From NCBI RefSeq assembly GCF_004010195.1, contig NC_057711.1:83125568-83189567 (forward strand): 64,000 bases of DNA, written 5' to 3'. The DNA comes from Chiloscyllium plagiosum. Taxonomy: Eukaryota. Numbering within the stretch: position 1 is the stretch's first letter; the number at the start of each line of letters is the position of its first letter. This document shows, one piece after another, positions 39,258 to 52,720 of this stretch. A program made the translations under genes and the position numbers. The notes beneath the pieces are model-generated. The model was not told the DNA's origin and did not search any database. It was given only the letters and a program-made list of their open reading frames with translations.

Positions 39258-39865
39258 TGTACAGCAGCTTCCCGAATTGGATGTTAAAAAATCGAATAGT
39301 TTACTGAGGTGGCGGTGGTTTGGGAAAGGGGGAGGGAGGCTGGGGGCGGAGAGGATTAAAGAATCCCGGTCAGAGCCCCCCCCCCCCCACCACCCCTTGG
39401 CAGCATCAGGCATTTTGGGGGATGGGAGGGGGGTGGGTGGGGGTACTAACTGAGTGAGTGAGTGAGTGAGTGACCACTGCGGCAGGAAGAATGCCCCAGT
39501 GCCAAGAGAACACCCTCTCACTCCACCTCTGCCGGAACCCCACATAGTGGACGCGGCTCCCTCTGTACCGCGACCAACATTTCGGATTGCCCCCTCCGTT
39601 AGTTGACAGACAGAGAAAGCTCCTTGACAGGGATTTACAAACGGAAGACATCGTTTTAAAGACCTTGTTTGTCTATGTATGCAGCACATCACAGTCACTG
39701 AGACCGCGCTGCTCTCTATTCACAATCTACGGATTATTCCAGATTGACAGCAAATACAAAGCCACACTCTGCTGGTCGGATCTGCGCCTCTTTTATTTTT
39801 TTTTAACTATTATTCTGTTGGGGAGTCGCTCCCGATCTGGAGTGTGGAGCTGAGGCGAGCTGACG

Positions 39866-40086
39866 ATGGCTTCTTTATCTCCGAGGTGTTGCTGCCCTAG
39901 CCTCAGGAAGACTGTAGCCAGTCTGCTGTTAGCGCTGCTCGGCACGATGCTGGCCTTCAGCAGCTTGGTTCTCGCCTGCCCTGCTTCCTGCAGATGTAGC
40001 GGCTCCAGGATCACCTGCACTGAACCCGGCATCGTGGCTTTCCCGGTGCTGCCGTCCGCAGCTGAGATGGAGAACATCACAGAAAT
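39866..40086 (+). CDS. NTRK2: Neurotrophin receptor TrkB, first coding exon (signal peptide and Cys cluster/LRRNT)
   Basis: Strong Kozak ACGATGG and a hydrophobic signal, then [29 protein letters not shown](I), versus human TrkB CPTSCKCSASRIWC..PGIVAFP..ENITEI. Donor AT|GTGAGT, phase 2. Confidence 0.92.
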
Positions 40087-41179
40087 GTGAGTACCGACTG
40101 GACAGGCCGGTCAGTGGCAATAAATACGGGCAATCTCAGTTAGTTGCTTGATTGAGCTGTTTTGAAATTAGCCGGCTAACACCATCAGAATAATCCATCT
40201 CTCACTGTAGGATGAACCGTTAGATCACAACAAGCCAATCCAAACAACTCCGTTTCGCATTCTCCCCAAGTCCTTTTTTTTTAAAAAAAATCGAGAAACA
40301 GGTACCAATAGCGAGAATCCCTTTAGGAATTTACTTCACAAGCCGAATCCAACTTCCCTTTGGCAAATACACGGTTCCGCTTTATTTCAAACCCAAGTAT
40401 TTGTCGCCTTGAGCAGTCAAGGTTCCCCTACACTCAATCGAACCTGCAAATGTTCCGACTGAAAACAGAGGCTGATTGTGGACAACCTTTCAATCATTTT
40501 TACACCGAGCTCTCATTAGACTCGACTTTAGTTAATTTTGTTAAGATAATAATATATTTCTTCGCTGATATCTAAAAGATCATGTCACACCTGAACATGA
40601 AGAATCACGGCATGTCTCTATAGCAGTGTTGCTTATTTGGAAATGAATGGTTAATGGTTGGAGATTACCGTCTGCTCACTCCAGCCAGCTTTTAAAATGC
40701 ATCTTAGGTTTGATGGTTCGAGTCGACATTGAGTATGTTTTGTTACTCGCCATCTACTCTTACAGCCCCATCACCTTTTTATCCTGAAAATCTTTATAAC
40801 TCTTAGGGGACCAAAGTACTTGTTGCACCGAAACAAAAACTTCAAATCATGTTTATTCTGCCTTTCATTTCTGTTTGCGTCTTTCTGAATTATATCATGA
40901 TTCGAATGGTTTCAACTGCATGCAGATCTCCCATTTCCCCTTGAGGGACAGCAGTTTGGTTGATTTTGCTTTCCAAGTTTCCGGTGGAAGGGGAAGACAT
41001 GTTGTTTGTTTACATACTTTATTGAAATTGAAAACTTTTCAAACTGACCTCCGAATCTGCGGAAAGGAATGATTCACTCTGTCTCCTGAGAGAGAGGTGG
41101 CTTTAACTGGCGCCGCTTTCATCCGGGAACTGCATTCGGGTTCTCTGCTCACGGAGCTGACAGATTCCCATCCGATCAA

Positions 41180-41865
41180 AGTTTCCCCACATCCTCCTCC
41201 TCCATGGCCTTTCCTCCATAGCCCATCTTCTCTCCTTCTCCTACATCCAGACCATCTTCCCACCCTCTCTCCCCTTCCACGCCTTCAACGTCCATGCCCC
41301 CCCCTCTATTCCCCAGCCTCTCCCCGCCTGTCACCATCTCCCACCCTCCCTCCAAATCCCCGTCCCTCCATAATCTGTGCCCCCATCATCCTCCCTCTTC
41401 CCTCCACACCCTCCAACATCCAATACCAATCTTCTTTCCCAACGCCCTGTCTCCCTCCAGCCTTTGTCGTTCCACTCTCCGTCGACAGTGTTCCCCTCAC
41501 CCCTCTGTTCTCTGCACTTTGTTCGGGTTATACTCTCTATCTCTTCACTCCGTCCCACTCTGTTGCTCTTCTCTTCGTTCCTCGACACTCCATCAATCCG
41601 CAGTCCTTCCCTTCTTTAGTCCTTCACACAATTTACATTCACTCCCTCTCTTTGCACTTTTCCGCCCTTCACATTCTATCCATCCCTTCACATTCTGTCC
41701 ATGCTATTATATTATCTCCAACAGCATAGACCTCTTCCTCCATACTCTTCCCCCCCCATCATCACTGTTTCCAACACATTCTGTCCCTCCAGACTCTCTC
41801 CATCCACAAAGTTCCTCCCGAATCCGTTCCTCTACACTCTCCCCCCACAATCTCCCCCTCCATCC
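41180..41865. repeat. Pyrimidine-rich (C/T) low-complexity tract
   Basis: About 680 bp strongly depleted of G on the + strand. Confidence 0.85.
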
Positions 41866-44289
41866 TGGCATGGTTCAGTTTGAGCCTGAGTAACACAGGT
41901 CTAACTCAGAGTCAGAGACTGAGCTCACAGCCAGGACTGCACATGATTATTGGAGCGTTGCTGCAGCCCACCCGGGATAATATGTGCAAACAGGCTCCTT
42001 TCAGTGTCTCCTCTAAAACATATCATGCCAACATATCTTTGCAGTGAATAAACAGAAGCAATCACAGATAATTTGCATAGATTTTAATCTGTCATTTTAA
42101 TATATTATTTAGTGACAAGAAATCCTTTAAAACCCATCTCTCGAGACAGTGTTGGGCCCAACAAAATTCGAGTTCAGCCGATTGTGGTCACGGGGATCGA
42201 GAACTCCAAAGTAAATCCCATGGTCCCGGCTTTCACTTTTTACTGCTGGATTAATATAGATTCTTCAGAATTAGCTTAAAGTACAGATAACCCTCTGTCG
42301 TCAAATCCTCAAGCTGCACTTTTCAGTTCATCAGGTGCCGAGATTGGATTATATTAATACGTGTGAAGACATTTCCCTGGTTAACAACATTCATATTCGT
42401 GTCATTACTTTGTGGGCAAACATTTTTGGCATTACCTAAAATAGTGAGGGATCCATCCAGAGTTGGAGGTGACCACAAGAATATCACAGACTACTTGCAA
42501 ATGATGTAAACGACCAGTTGCACTGAAAGAATATTCGTAGACTAACGGCAAAATATCCATGTTGCCACAATTCAGTCAGTCTTGTTTCCGATAAGCAAGC
42601 ACCAGCTCAGAAAGCAGCGAGGCATTTTGGCACGGGGAATTCATTCAGTGACTAGTTAAATTGTGAATTCACTCCTCCCATTTAATCTGCAGAGGAAACA
42701 TTATCTCTGGCAGATCCCCAAAGATAATCAAATAAACTCCAGAATACTCATTCATCTTTAAAGCTCTATCATTCAACCTGGCCTTCACAGCCCATGGACA
42801 GAATTCTCTGTTAGCCAGTCCCCGAAACAATTCCATGAAAATTATTCCATTTATACCTGCACCTGTCCCATTCAAACGTCTACTTGAATCTTTCTAAAGA
42901 AGCAGGATAAAAGTCAAGATTAGAAGTGAAATTAGACACTCATCAATATTGTAATTAGAAATCATAGTTTTTCAGTGTATGGAACATAAGATAAGACATT
43001 AATGAAATGAATCACTAGCCCACTACCTGATAGTGCAGAAAACAATAAAAAGCTTTTGAAATTGATTTGATAGAAAAAAATCATATTTTCATGGAGATAA
43101 TTTTAAAACTCTCCAATATTATTAATTTAACCTGCGGTAATTCCGATTTAAAATAGCATTTTGAGTAACATAAAGTGGGATTCTGAAAAATGCCAAGTTA
43201 TCACAAAGTTATATATACCTGTGGTAAAGTTTGGAACACATAAGAACAGCAAAATATTTATTCCCACAGAACTCAGGACTCTTCATAAGTTTATGTTTAC
43301 ATATGGGGCCAAGCAGGATGTGCAAATAACTAAATGGAAATCAATATTACTCTGGGTTAAGATACTGTGCACAAAACTAGTCCTTGGCTTTGAGAAAAAA
43401 AGCTGTACTTATACATTGTTATAAATAGTATTTGGTAAATGTAAATGTTACCCTCATTGATTGTGTCACCTTTTGAATAGGTGTTGCAACACTTCTAGAA
43501 TGAAGGTCAGCTAAAACTGCAAAATAACCAATGCTGCTTGTGGTGACCATGCTCAATGTCATGCAAGAAACTCAACATTTTAAAGAAGGCTCAGTTACTG
43601 AGTGGGTGACTATTAATCACAAGATAAGTGATGAAAAATATCAATCTGCTTATAAGACAGTTGAAATGTTTTAACACATAGTTGGCCAAATGAAAGCCTC
43701 ACAACTAATGATTGGATAATAATTATTAGTTTCATTAAACCACTTTCCCTACATCGCAGGATTGATACTTCTGTCAACATTTTAATTTTGAAATGTAATG
43801 TTGCTGCAATTAATTAGCAAAAACAAAGATCAAATTAATATACTGAAAATGCACCATGGCTGTCAACTTCCTGATTTATCTGAAAATAGCCAGTTCCAGA
43901 ATTAGAGAACTGCATTACAGCAAACCACCACAAGCTGTGAATTTACACGTATGTATTTTCAAAAAGAAACTGATAAATCTATACCTTTTGAAAATGCACT
44001 AATTTTGTATTGTTTAGTTCACCCTTTTATCCTTAGTTCATGGTTTAAGTTTCCAAATGTTCTATAAGGTTTTTTTTTCAATTGGTAGCATTCCACGATC
44101 TTGAGCATCAAGATTTAAATTATTAAAGAGGTATTGTGCTGCATTTTCTGATTTGGATTTGCTCAAGTTTCAATCTAAGACACAGTGAGACAGGCAGTTT
44201 ATTCAGTCTTCCATCCAGCTAAGCTTTACAAATTGACTGGGGGAAGACCAGTGAAAATAGAAAACTGCAAGTGAGTGAACATCAATACA

Positions 44290-45090
44290 AGAATACCTTT
44301 GTGAATTTGAAAGAGAATCAGTGAGCTGCACATGAAATATAAGGAAAAGAAACACAGAAAAAAGTGGCTACTCTTGTCGAGAGTGGAGAAAGTGCGAGAC
44401 ATAATGGCATAGAATGAGGAAACGTTATCATAGAAACAGAGAAAGAATGAACAATGCAGTTCATGAAGGAGTAGAAGAAAATACATTGACTGACAGAGAA
44501 AATAACAAGATAGGAAACAAAGTTTATATTGTTCAGGGAAGAAAAGAAGGGCTGGATATATAAGAAAAAGAAAGATATTGTACATGGATTAAGAAAAGAA
44601 AGATAATACAGTAAGAAAATTCTGAATAAAATGCATTTAAAACTGATAGGAGTATTGTATGCTAAAAAATAATGAACAAACTCTCAAAGACATCGTTTGA
44701 ATGGAAAGACATTGCCATCCAAACACATTAAGAAGGATGCAATGGTTGTACTGAATGTATACCATATACTCATGGAAAACTGCTCTAAGACATTATCCTA
44801 TGTTGAGAAATCTAATGTTTTGCTAAAGGGAAAGTGATGGAAGAGGAAAAGAAAGAAAACTGAAAAAATGACGAAATAAATGGGATTGAAAGAGAAGACG
44901 GAACTATTCAGACAGACATTCAGATGTTATAATGAAATAAAATGTAAAAGAATCAAGGTAACAAGCAGGATAGAAGTAGAGTGAGAGAGATTACATAATC
45001 AATTATATGGACAATGGTTCTGAGGAATGTAAACATTCAGGCAAGATTGAAAAGAATAAAGCAGTAATGTGAGTGACAAAGAGGATAGGT
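44290..45090. repeat. Purine-rich (A/G) low-complexity tract
   Basis: AAGGAAAAGAAACACAGAAAAA..GAGAAAGAA-type sequence. Confidence 0.6.
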
Positions 45091-47321
45091 GTAACTATTA
45101 AATGTACTTGTTAACAAAATTATGGCCATTGCTGTGACTTGTTGAATCCAGTCAAGTAACAGAGAAGAGATTTTGTAAAAGATTCTTCTAATTTATTACA
45201 ACTCAAAGTGGCGACATGTTGTGAGAGACTTAGCTGTATCTTAATCATGACACTGAAATAATGCTTTTGTGTATAATATAATCTTAACTAGTGGCAACAA
45301 CAAGTCATGCATGAAAAACTTGAGGGTGGGATGGAGGGGGACAAAGGTGGTGAAATCCCCTGCAATTTTGTTTATGCATATAACACACATAAATAGAATA
45401 ATTGACTAAATAACTATCTGTCATGACTTTTGTCTGATAAATGTTTCATATTTTATGGTGCTTGAACTAGAAACCCAAAAAGAGATTCATTACATTTGTT
45501 ATATTCTATTCTGACGCAGAGAAGGAATTCCCCCCTTAAAACACGTGATGAACCAGTCAAATTACGATGTTTCCAATGACAAGATATTTTGTAATTCAGT
45601 TGAGGCTATTTAAAGCTTAACTGCTCTAGTCAGCCATTTTATTAATTTTGGTCAATATATTATTGCTGAAAGTAAAATGAGGAAAGGAATCATGATGGAG
45701 TTTGATAACTCATCAGAGAAACATAAGTGAAGGCAACCCATGTTGTGCAATGGAATGATAACAAACAGCTTCTGCTATTTTCATGTCAAGATTTTCATTT
45801 TAACCAAATTTAGAATAGTAGGAACATAACCAAAGAGATTGTGGAAAACATCAAAACTTCTCTGTGGATATGTATAGAATGAAATTAGCAGCACTTTGGA
45901 TGTAGACTACAGTAGTAATGAACCTCAAGCTTGACTCAGAGGAACACTGCCTACTGTATGAGCATGAAATTGTAGTTTCCTGTGTTTTCTCTCTGTGTGA
46001 CCTTATCACTGACCATGAGAGTTCCACTGACACTGGCTAAGCCATTCCTCAGAACTGTGGAATTCACAGCACAAAAGAGGGCCATTTAACCCATCATACT
46101 TGTGCTGGCTCTTATGCAGTCGATTAATGTCGAATCTACAAAAACTGTGATTGGTGAAAAGAAATTTTAAATTTAATTTACAGACAAGATAAGAATCGTT
46201 GTTCTACAGGTAAAATGATAATGATTGAATTTTGTTTCTTTAGAGACCTTAGTACCTTTATTTCACTGAACACCAATTATTTATGGTATTGTCATTAAAG
46301 TAAAATAATGATTGAACCCTAAAGGTAAGTAAAGTTGTCAAAGTATAGGAGTATGATAAGAAAGTGCAGTTGGAGTATTAAAGCTGACCTTCTGAACATG
46401 GAACATAATGCAAAGTAATGATTCAGAAAGCACATTTATCATCGTGTTTAAGAAATGAAAAGGAAAATATATATACCTTTGTGCCTTTGGTTGAACTGAT
46501 ACTACAACTACTGGTATTTAACTTTGATGTTCAGCTCACAGTTGAGAGTTGAACACTCAGTCATCTTTATCTGCTGATTTGCCACCCACAGATCCACATA
46601 TTTGCAAAGTTGGCCCCAGACCCTATCTTTTTCTTAGTGACTTGTCCAGTCTGATCCTGTAGTCCTTCGTGGTACATAGCAGACTTAATTAGGAGTGGTA
46701 TCCTCAATTCTTGTTAGCTGCGGTGGGTCCATGCCCCTATCCTCTTGAAGAAATCGAGGATTTGGTATACTATAGACTGACATTTGCCTGATTCATTTCA
46801 AGGGGTTGCAACTGCAGAGCTTTATACGTTCTTTGACATTTACACAGAGCTGTACACTCCTAGGAACCAATTATTACTGTTACAAGAGCACAGATGTGAC
46901 TATATTCTCCATAAATATTTTAGAAATTCTTATAATTTGCATAAAGTTTCCTGATGGCTCTATAGATCATCAAGGCACCTTTAAAATATCATGTTGTGCC
47001 AGATTGGAATGATGCTGGACATGCTCTGAACAGGAAACAAAGCGGAATGGTATCTTGGATGGGGACACGTTCAGGTCTGACACTTGAATCCTGAATGGTG
47101 TTTATTGTGTCCATGTGTGGCTTCAGATCAAAGCAAAAGAACAGTTTAGTTGTGGCTAATGGAATTAAATGTTGCTTTTTTTCAATTGAAAATATTATTA
47201 ATCAAGGAATGAAAGATTATTTTTGTAGTATTGATCATAATCAGTCAAGTTTTATGGTCGCTGAATTGGTTTACTGTCTGAGGCAAGGCATAGTTGAGTG
47301 AAAAATGTGCATGCCAGATCT

Positions 47322-47508
47322 TGAAGTGGTGGAGGCTGGTACAATTGCAACATTTAAAAGGCATTTGGATGGATATATGAATAGGAAGGGTTTGGAGGGC
47401 TATGAGCCAGGTGCTGGCAGGTGGGACTAGATTGGGTTGGGATATCTGGTTGGCATGGACAGGTTGGACTGAAGGGTCTGTTTCCATGCTGTACATCTCT
47501 ATGACTCT
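47322..47508 (+). mobile_element. Short, well-preserved CR1 3' end
   Basis: GAAGTGGTGGAGGCTGGTACAATTGCAACATTTAAAAGG...CTGTACATCTCTATGACTCT. Confidence 0.9.
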
Positions 47509-49469
47509 GTGTTGCAAAGGTGCAGTTGTGCTTGACTTTGACTGCGTGTTGAAAGCCACAAATACCAATTGTAGTAATGGGTCAATTATAAGTTAATTAC
47601 TGTTGCTGAGGCAAGTTTGCAGATTGGTAGGTGCTTATATTTCCCTGCTATGGGTTCTTCAGGTTGACCTACCTCTGAGGCAGGAGACCTAGGTTAGAAG
47701 TCTCACCTGATCCAAAAGTGTGTAATAACAACATTCAACAAGTTTATTAGAAAATGTCCATATTTTCCAGCTCCTGATCAGCATAAAATTGCTACCCTAC
47801 CAGGAGAGTAGCACAGCAAGACTTGCTGAACCTGTAACCAAAAGGTTGATGGATTGAAACTATCCTGTAAGACTTTTCCAGTGCAGTGGCAGTGTTCACC
47901 CATTTGTCCCAAAGGTGTTTGGTAACATGTCCAAGCCGGTGGACAGAAATGTCATTTAAAAACACTCTCCTTCTTTCTATCATTTGAAATAGAATGGATT
48001 CAAAAATATATATACAAATAGATAAATGGAATATCCCCATGAATCACACTAAATGGTTATACAAGAATGACAAAGTCATAACTAGGTTATGGTGATCCTC
48101 ATGTGTAATGATTGGTGAATATCTCCAATATGTCAAGTACATTGGTAGCCAAGTAAATGGTTGAAGCTGTTGTCCCATTTTGTCTTTGTATTTTGATGTT
48201 ACATTAATGAATATAACAGATGGTCAGAGTTTATGAATTGTGAAATATACAATTGTTTGGTAAAGGCCAATTAATTTTAAATCGTTGATTAGGCTATATT
48301 GCTTACTTCTCACAGAATTGACTTTTCATATCTTCCTACAATCATGAAGAGTTTGTATACGAGGTGGTAGTAGTGACTTCATGTCAATCTGACTGTGACT
48401 TATTCAGTTTTGGCTCACTTTGTTCTCTGAGGATGTGTAAGGAGCTGGCCAACTTGATGTATTTGTTGTCACAGCTAGTCAGGTTGCTGTCAGGATGTTG
48501 CCAAAGGAAGAAGCCAAACCATTAAATTTAAATAGAGAAAAAGAACAATTGCATGATTTACTGAACTTTATGTTTGATTATTGGCTGGGTTTGAATTCAA
48601 TAGGTCCCAGACATTGCACTGGAGCTATTTATCAGCTGTTTCTTTCAAAGCAAGTGTTTGTTTGGAAGATTGAGGGTTGGTGTTCAGTCTGGATAGTTTT
48701 CATAGTTAGGGTGAAAAGAAAATATAATGCAGTGAAGTTACTTATGGTTATGCATAGTAATTTCTTATTATTTACTATTATAATGCCACCTTAATTTAAC
48801 AACTATTGTAAAATGTAGACATTTGATCCTGTTATCACTTGCTTATTCTCTAGTTAACTTGGAACTTAAAACTAAAGACATGAAGTAGAGTAATGCTATT
48901 CTTCCACATACAAGGCAGATTTCACAATTGGAAAGAGTAGCAGCAGAATTTAAATGAAACTGAATGACATTGCTCACTATCAATGCAAGCTATGAATTAT
49001 ATTGAAATATGCAATAATAGGAAGAGCTAGGCCACATCCATGACTGAGCCTGAGAATGTGAAGTCAAATTTATGTAGGACAAAAAAAGTAAAACCCACAA
49101 GTGTAACAGGGCAATTACACAGAAGTCTAACATAGCAATTCCTTAGTGCACCCATTCCCTGTAGAAGTAATGCATGTGCCAAGAAAGTGCAAAGCTAAGG
49201 GTCTGAGGGTTCATTTTAGCTAAACATCAATCTCCTTAAGCTCATGTGATAATTGAATGTTTTTGGTTGCCAAGCAAGTGGTTGTGTAGAATTGTAAAGT
49301 TAGGTTCAGATGAGTAAAATGATTGACAGACATGACAACTAAATGTAACATAGAGAATAATATTTGGAAATGACTCAATAAATAGGTTAATTCTAGGATT
49401 CACATTACTTTGTGAAATGTATAAAGCCCAAATCAGTTCTAGCAAAGATCAAATCCAAATTTAGAGGAA

Positions 49470-50510
49470 GAGTAGAACAAATTGATTGGCCTTCAAGCCT
49501 GCTTCACCATTGAAAATGATCAATGGCTGATCATCCAACTCAGGACAGGACAAGAGCAAGATATCTTGCTGCAATTATACAGGGCGTTGGTGAGGTGACA
49601 CCTAGAATATCATGTGCAGTTTTGGAGTTCTTTTCTGAGGAAGGATGTTCTTGCTAAAGAGGGAGTGCAGCAAAGGTTTACCAAATCGATTCTTGGGATG
49701 ACAGGATTGATGTAGGAGGAGAGATTGAGTCAGAGAATAGGATTCTATTCACTGGAATTTAGAAGAATGAGGGGGTTTTCATAGAAACTTACAAAATTCT
49801 AACAAGAGGAGATAGATTAGATGCAGGAAGAATTTCCTGATGGTGGGGGAGTCTGGAACCAGGGGTCATAGTTTAAGTATAAGAGGTAAAACCTTTAGGA
49901 CTGAGATGTGGAGAAATTGCATCATGCAGAGAGTGATGAGTCTGTGGAATTCACTGCTACAGAAAATATTTGAGGCCAAAACATGATGTGTTTGCAAGAT
50001 TGAGATGGATAAAGCTCTTGTGGCTAAAGGGATCGAAGGATATGGGGGGAGGATGGGATTAGGATGTTGAGCTCAATGGTTAGCCATGACTATATTGAAT
50101 GGAAGAGCTGGTTCACTGGGTCAAGTGGCCTACTCCTGCTCCTATCTTCTGTTTCTATGGTTTAGTACCCTGTCCCCCTTAGTCTTTGATCTATTTAGGC
50201 CTAAGAACAATTTCGAACTCCTTCTTGAAAACATTCATAGTTGTGGCTTCAACCACTTTATGTGGCAGAGAATTTCACATGCTCACCACTCCCTGGGTGA
50301 ATAAATTCCTCCTCACCTCAGTCCTAAATCGACTGTCCCGTATCCTTAAAGTGTGACACCTGGTTCTGGACTCCCCCACTATCAAGAACATCCTTCCTGC
50401 TGTCATCCCATCTAGTCCTGGTAGAATTTTATAGGTTTCTATGAGACACAACCCATCATTCATCGACACTCCAATGAATATAGTCCTAACTGATCCATTC
50501 TCTCTTCATT
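49470..50510. mobile_element. CR1 fragments (+ 49550-50160; - 49470-49545 and 50165-50510)
   Basis: ORF2 C-terminal homology. ORF 50275-50469(-) reads GESRTRCHTLRIR. Confidence 0.8.
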
Positions 50511-50529
50511 GGTCAAATGCAGCTTTGAT

Positions 50530-51600
50530 ATCAGTCACTTACACCATCTGTCTGGACTTCAGTTTTTTTGACCATGTTTAGACCAAAGGCTGTAATGAGG
50601 CCAGGAGCCAAGTGGCCCTGGGAGAATGCAAACTGAGTGTAGGTGAGCAGGTTATTGCTAAGCAAGCGTTGTTTGATAGGACTGTTGATGACACTGTCCA
50701 TCATATTACTAATGATAGAGAGTATGCTGATGGATTGGTAATTGGTTGGGTTGGATTTGTGTGGGAAGTTTACCATGTTGTCAGGTAGATGCCAGTGTTG
50801 TAGCTCTATTGGAGCAGCTTGGCTTAGGGCATGTCAAGTTCTGGAGGAAATACCTTGAGTACGATTTCTGGAATATCATCAGGGCCCATAACCTTTGTAG
50901 CATTCAGTACATCCACTGTTTCTTGATATTATATGTAGTGAATTGAATTAGCTAAAGACTAGCACCAATGATGCTTTATACATCTGTGTACATCGTGTTT
51001 GTTTGAAACCTACACCATTTAGCACAGTGGTAGTGTCACACAACATGATGGCAAAGACGGGACTTTGCCTCCACTAGTACTGTGCGGTGGTCACTGTTAC
51101 CAATTCTATCATGGACGGATAAATTTTGGCAGCCAGATTAGTAAGGATGAGGTCAAGTATGTCTTTCCCTCTTATTGGTTTCCTCACCACATGCCGCAGA
51201 CTCAGTCTAGCAGCTATGTCATTTAGGGCTCAACTAGCTCAATCAGTAGTGGTGCTGCTGAACCAGTCTAGTTGATGGACATTGAAGTCCTCACTCAGAG
51301 TACATTCTGTGCCCTTGTCAATTTCCGTGCTTCTGCTAAGTGTTGTTCAACATGGTGGAATTCTGATTCATCAGCTGAAGGAGAATGGTATGTGGTAATC
51401 AGCATAAAGTTCCCTTGCCCATATTTGCCATGAGACTCCATGGTGTCCAGGGTAAATGACTCCCAGGGTAACTCCCTATCAATTACAAACCACCATGCTG
51501 CCATCTCTAGTGGGTTTGTCCTGCTGGTGGGACAGGATGTACCTGGAGACGGTAATGATGGTTTCTGGGACATTGCAAAGTATGATTCTGAGTTTGACTA
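50530..51600 (-). mobile_element. Non-LTR retrotransposon (second family), EN/RT fragments
   Basis: ORF 50531-50776(-) NPTNYQSISILSIIS..LLTYTQFAF is a decayed NYRPISLL..QFGF motif. Confidence 0.75.
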
Positions 51601-51619
51601 TGTCAGCATAGAGGATAAT

Positions 51620-51893
51620 TAAGGGTCAACTACATAGCTCTGGGTCTGGAGTAACATATAGGCCTGACCAGTAAGAATGGTAGATTTCCTTCCCTAAAGG
51701 GCATTAATGAACCAGATGGGTTTTTTCGATGATCCAAGGTTCCGTGGTCATCATTAGACTTCTAATTCCAGATTTTTTTAAAAAAATATCATTTCCAGTA
51801 TGCTGTGGTCAAATTTGAACTCTAGTCCTCAGAGTATTACCTGGCTTTCTGGATTACGAGTCCAATGACAATACCATTACATAATGGCCTCCC
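51620..51893 (-). mobile_element. tRNA-derived SINE (same family as 35301-35614)
   Basis: Antisense match ending ATGGCCTCCC. Confidence 0.65.
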
Positions 51894-52079
51894 CTTAATT
51901 ACTTGTGAGTAATCGTTTACAAATTGGAATATGGATGATAATCAAAGTTTGTAATTTGATTGCTAAATTTAAAATACCTATGAATATGAGCAATGTGTAT
52001 GATTATTGTGACTATGATTATCTGCATCAGCAAATAGTTTAACATAGTTAGCATTGAGTAATACCACTGTGTAAGCAAC

Positions 52080-52720
52080 ACGTGGTGAAGAAGGTAAATG
52101 GTATGTTGGCCTTCATAGCAAGATGGTTCGAGTACATGAGCAGAGATGTCTTGCTCCAATTGTACAGGGTGTTGGCAACACCACACCTGGAGTTTGTGTG
52201 CAACTTGGTTTCTTCATCTGAGAAAGGATGTTCTGGCCACGGAAGGACTGTAATCAAGATTTACCAAACTGATTCTTGGGATGGCAGGACTGACAGCGAG
52301 AGAGAGACTGAGTTGGTTAGGAAGACTTTAGAAGAATGAGGTGGGCTCTCACAGAAACCTGTGGAATTCTAACTGAGCGAGACAGCGTAAACATAGGAAA
52401 GGTATTCCTGATGTCCTGGGAGTACGGAACCAGGGACCTAAGGATATGGTCTAAGGCCATTTGGGACTATGATAAAGAGAATTTTTTTCTTCACACACAG
52501 CCTGTGGCATTCTCTATCACAGAAAGTAGTTAAGGCCAAAACATTGACTGTTGTCAAGAAGGAGTTAGAAGTAGTTCTTAGCTTAAAAAGATCACAGGGT
52601 ATGGGTTGAAAGCTGGATCAGGATACTGAGTTTTATCATCAACCATGTCATATTGAATCAGGGAACAGGATCAAAGTGCTGGATGGCCTACTCTTGCTCC
52701 TTTTTTTAATGTTTCTATTC
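52080..52720 (+). mobile_element. CR1 3' fragment
   Basis: ORF VKKVNGMLAFIARWFEYMSRDVLLQLYRVLATPHLE. Confidence 0.85.

Larger units (their letters stand above)
38800..40460 (+). promoter_or_regulatory. CpG-rich promoter / 5' UTR region of the Trk gene
   Basis: Visible CpG enrichment against a CpG-depleted background, G/C runs and a GC box (GGGGCGGAG at ~39343), spanning the first coding exon. Confidence 0.7.

Noticed and set aside
38965..39853. Overlapping ORFs of 80-160 aa in the promoter region
   Set aside because: Expected in GC-rich low-complexity DNA. No recognisable protein features, and most have non-ATG starts.
40087..40090. ORF track ends the Trk ORF at 40090 (74 aa)
   Set aside because: The TGA lies inside the GTGAGT donor. 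The frame continues by splicing to 61563.
41097..41893. 210-aa and 199-aa Pro/Ser/Leu-rich ORFs
   Set aside because: By-products of a C/T-rich tract that lacks stop codons. No domain signal.
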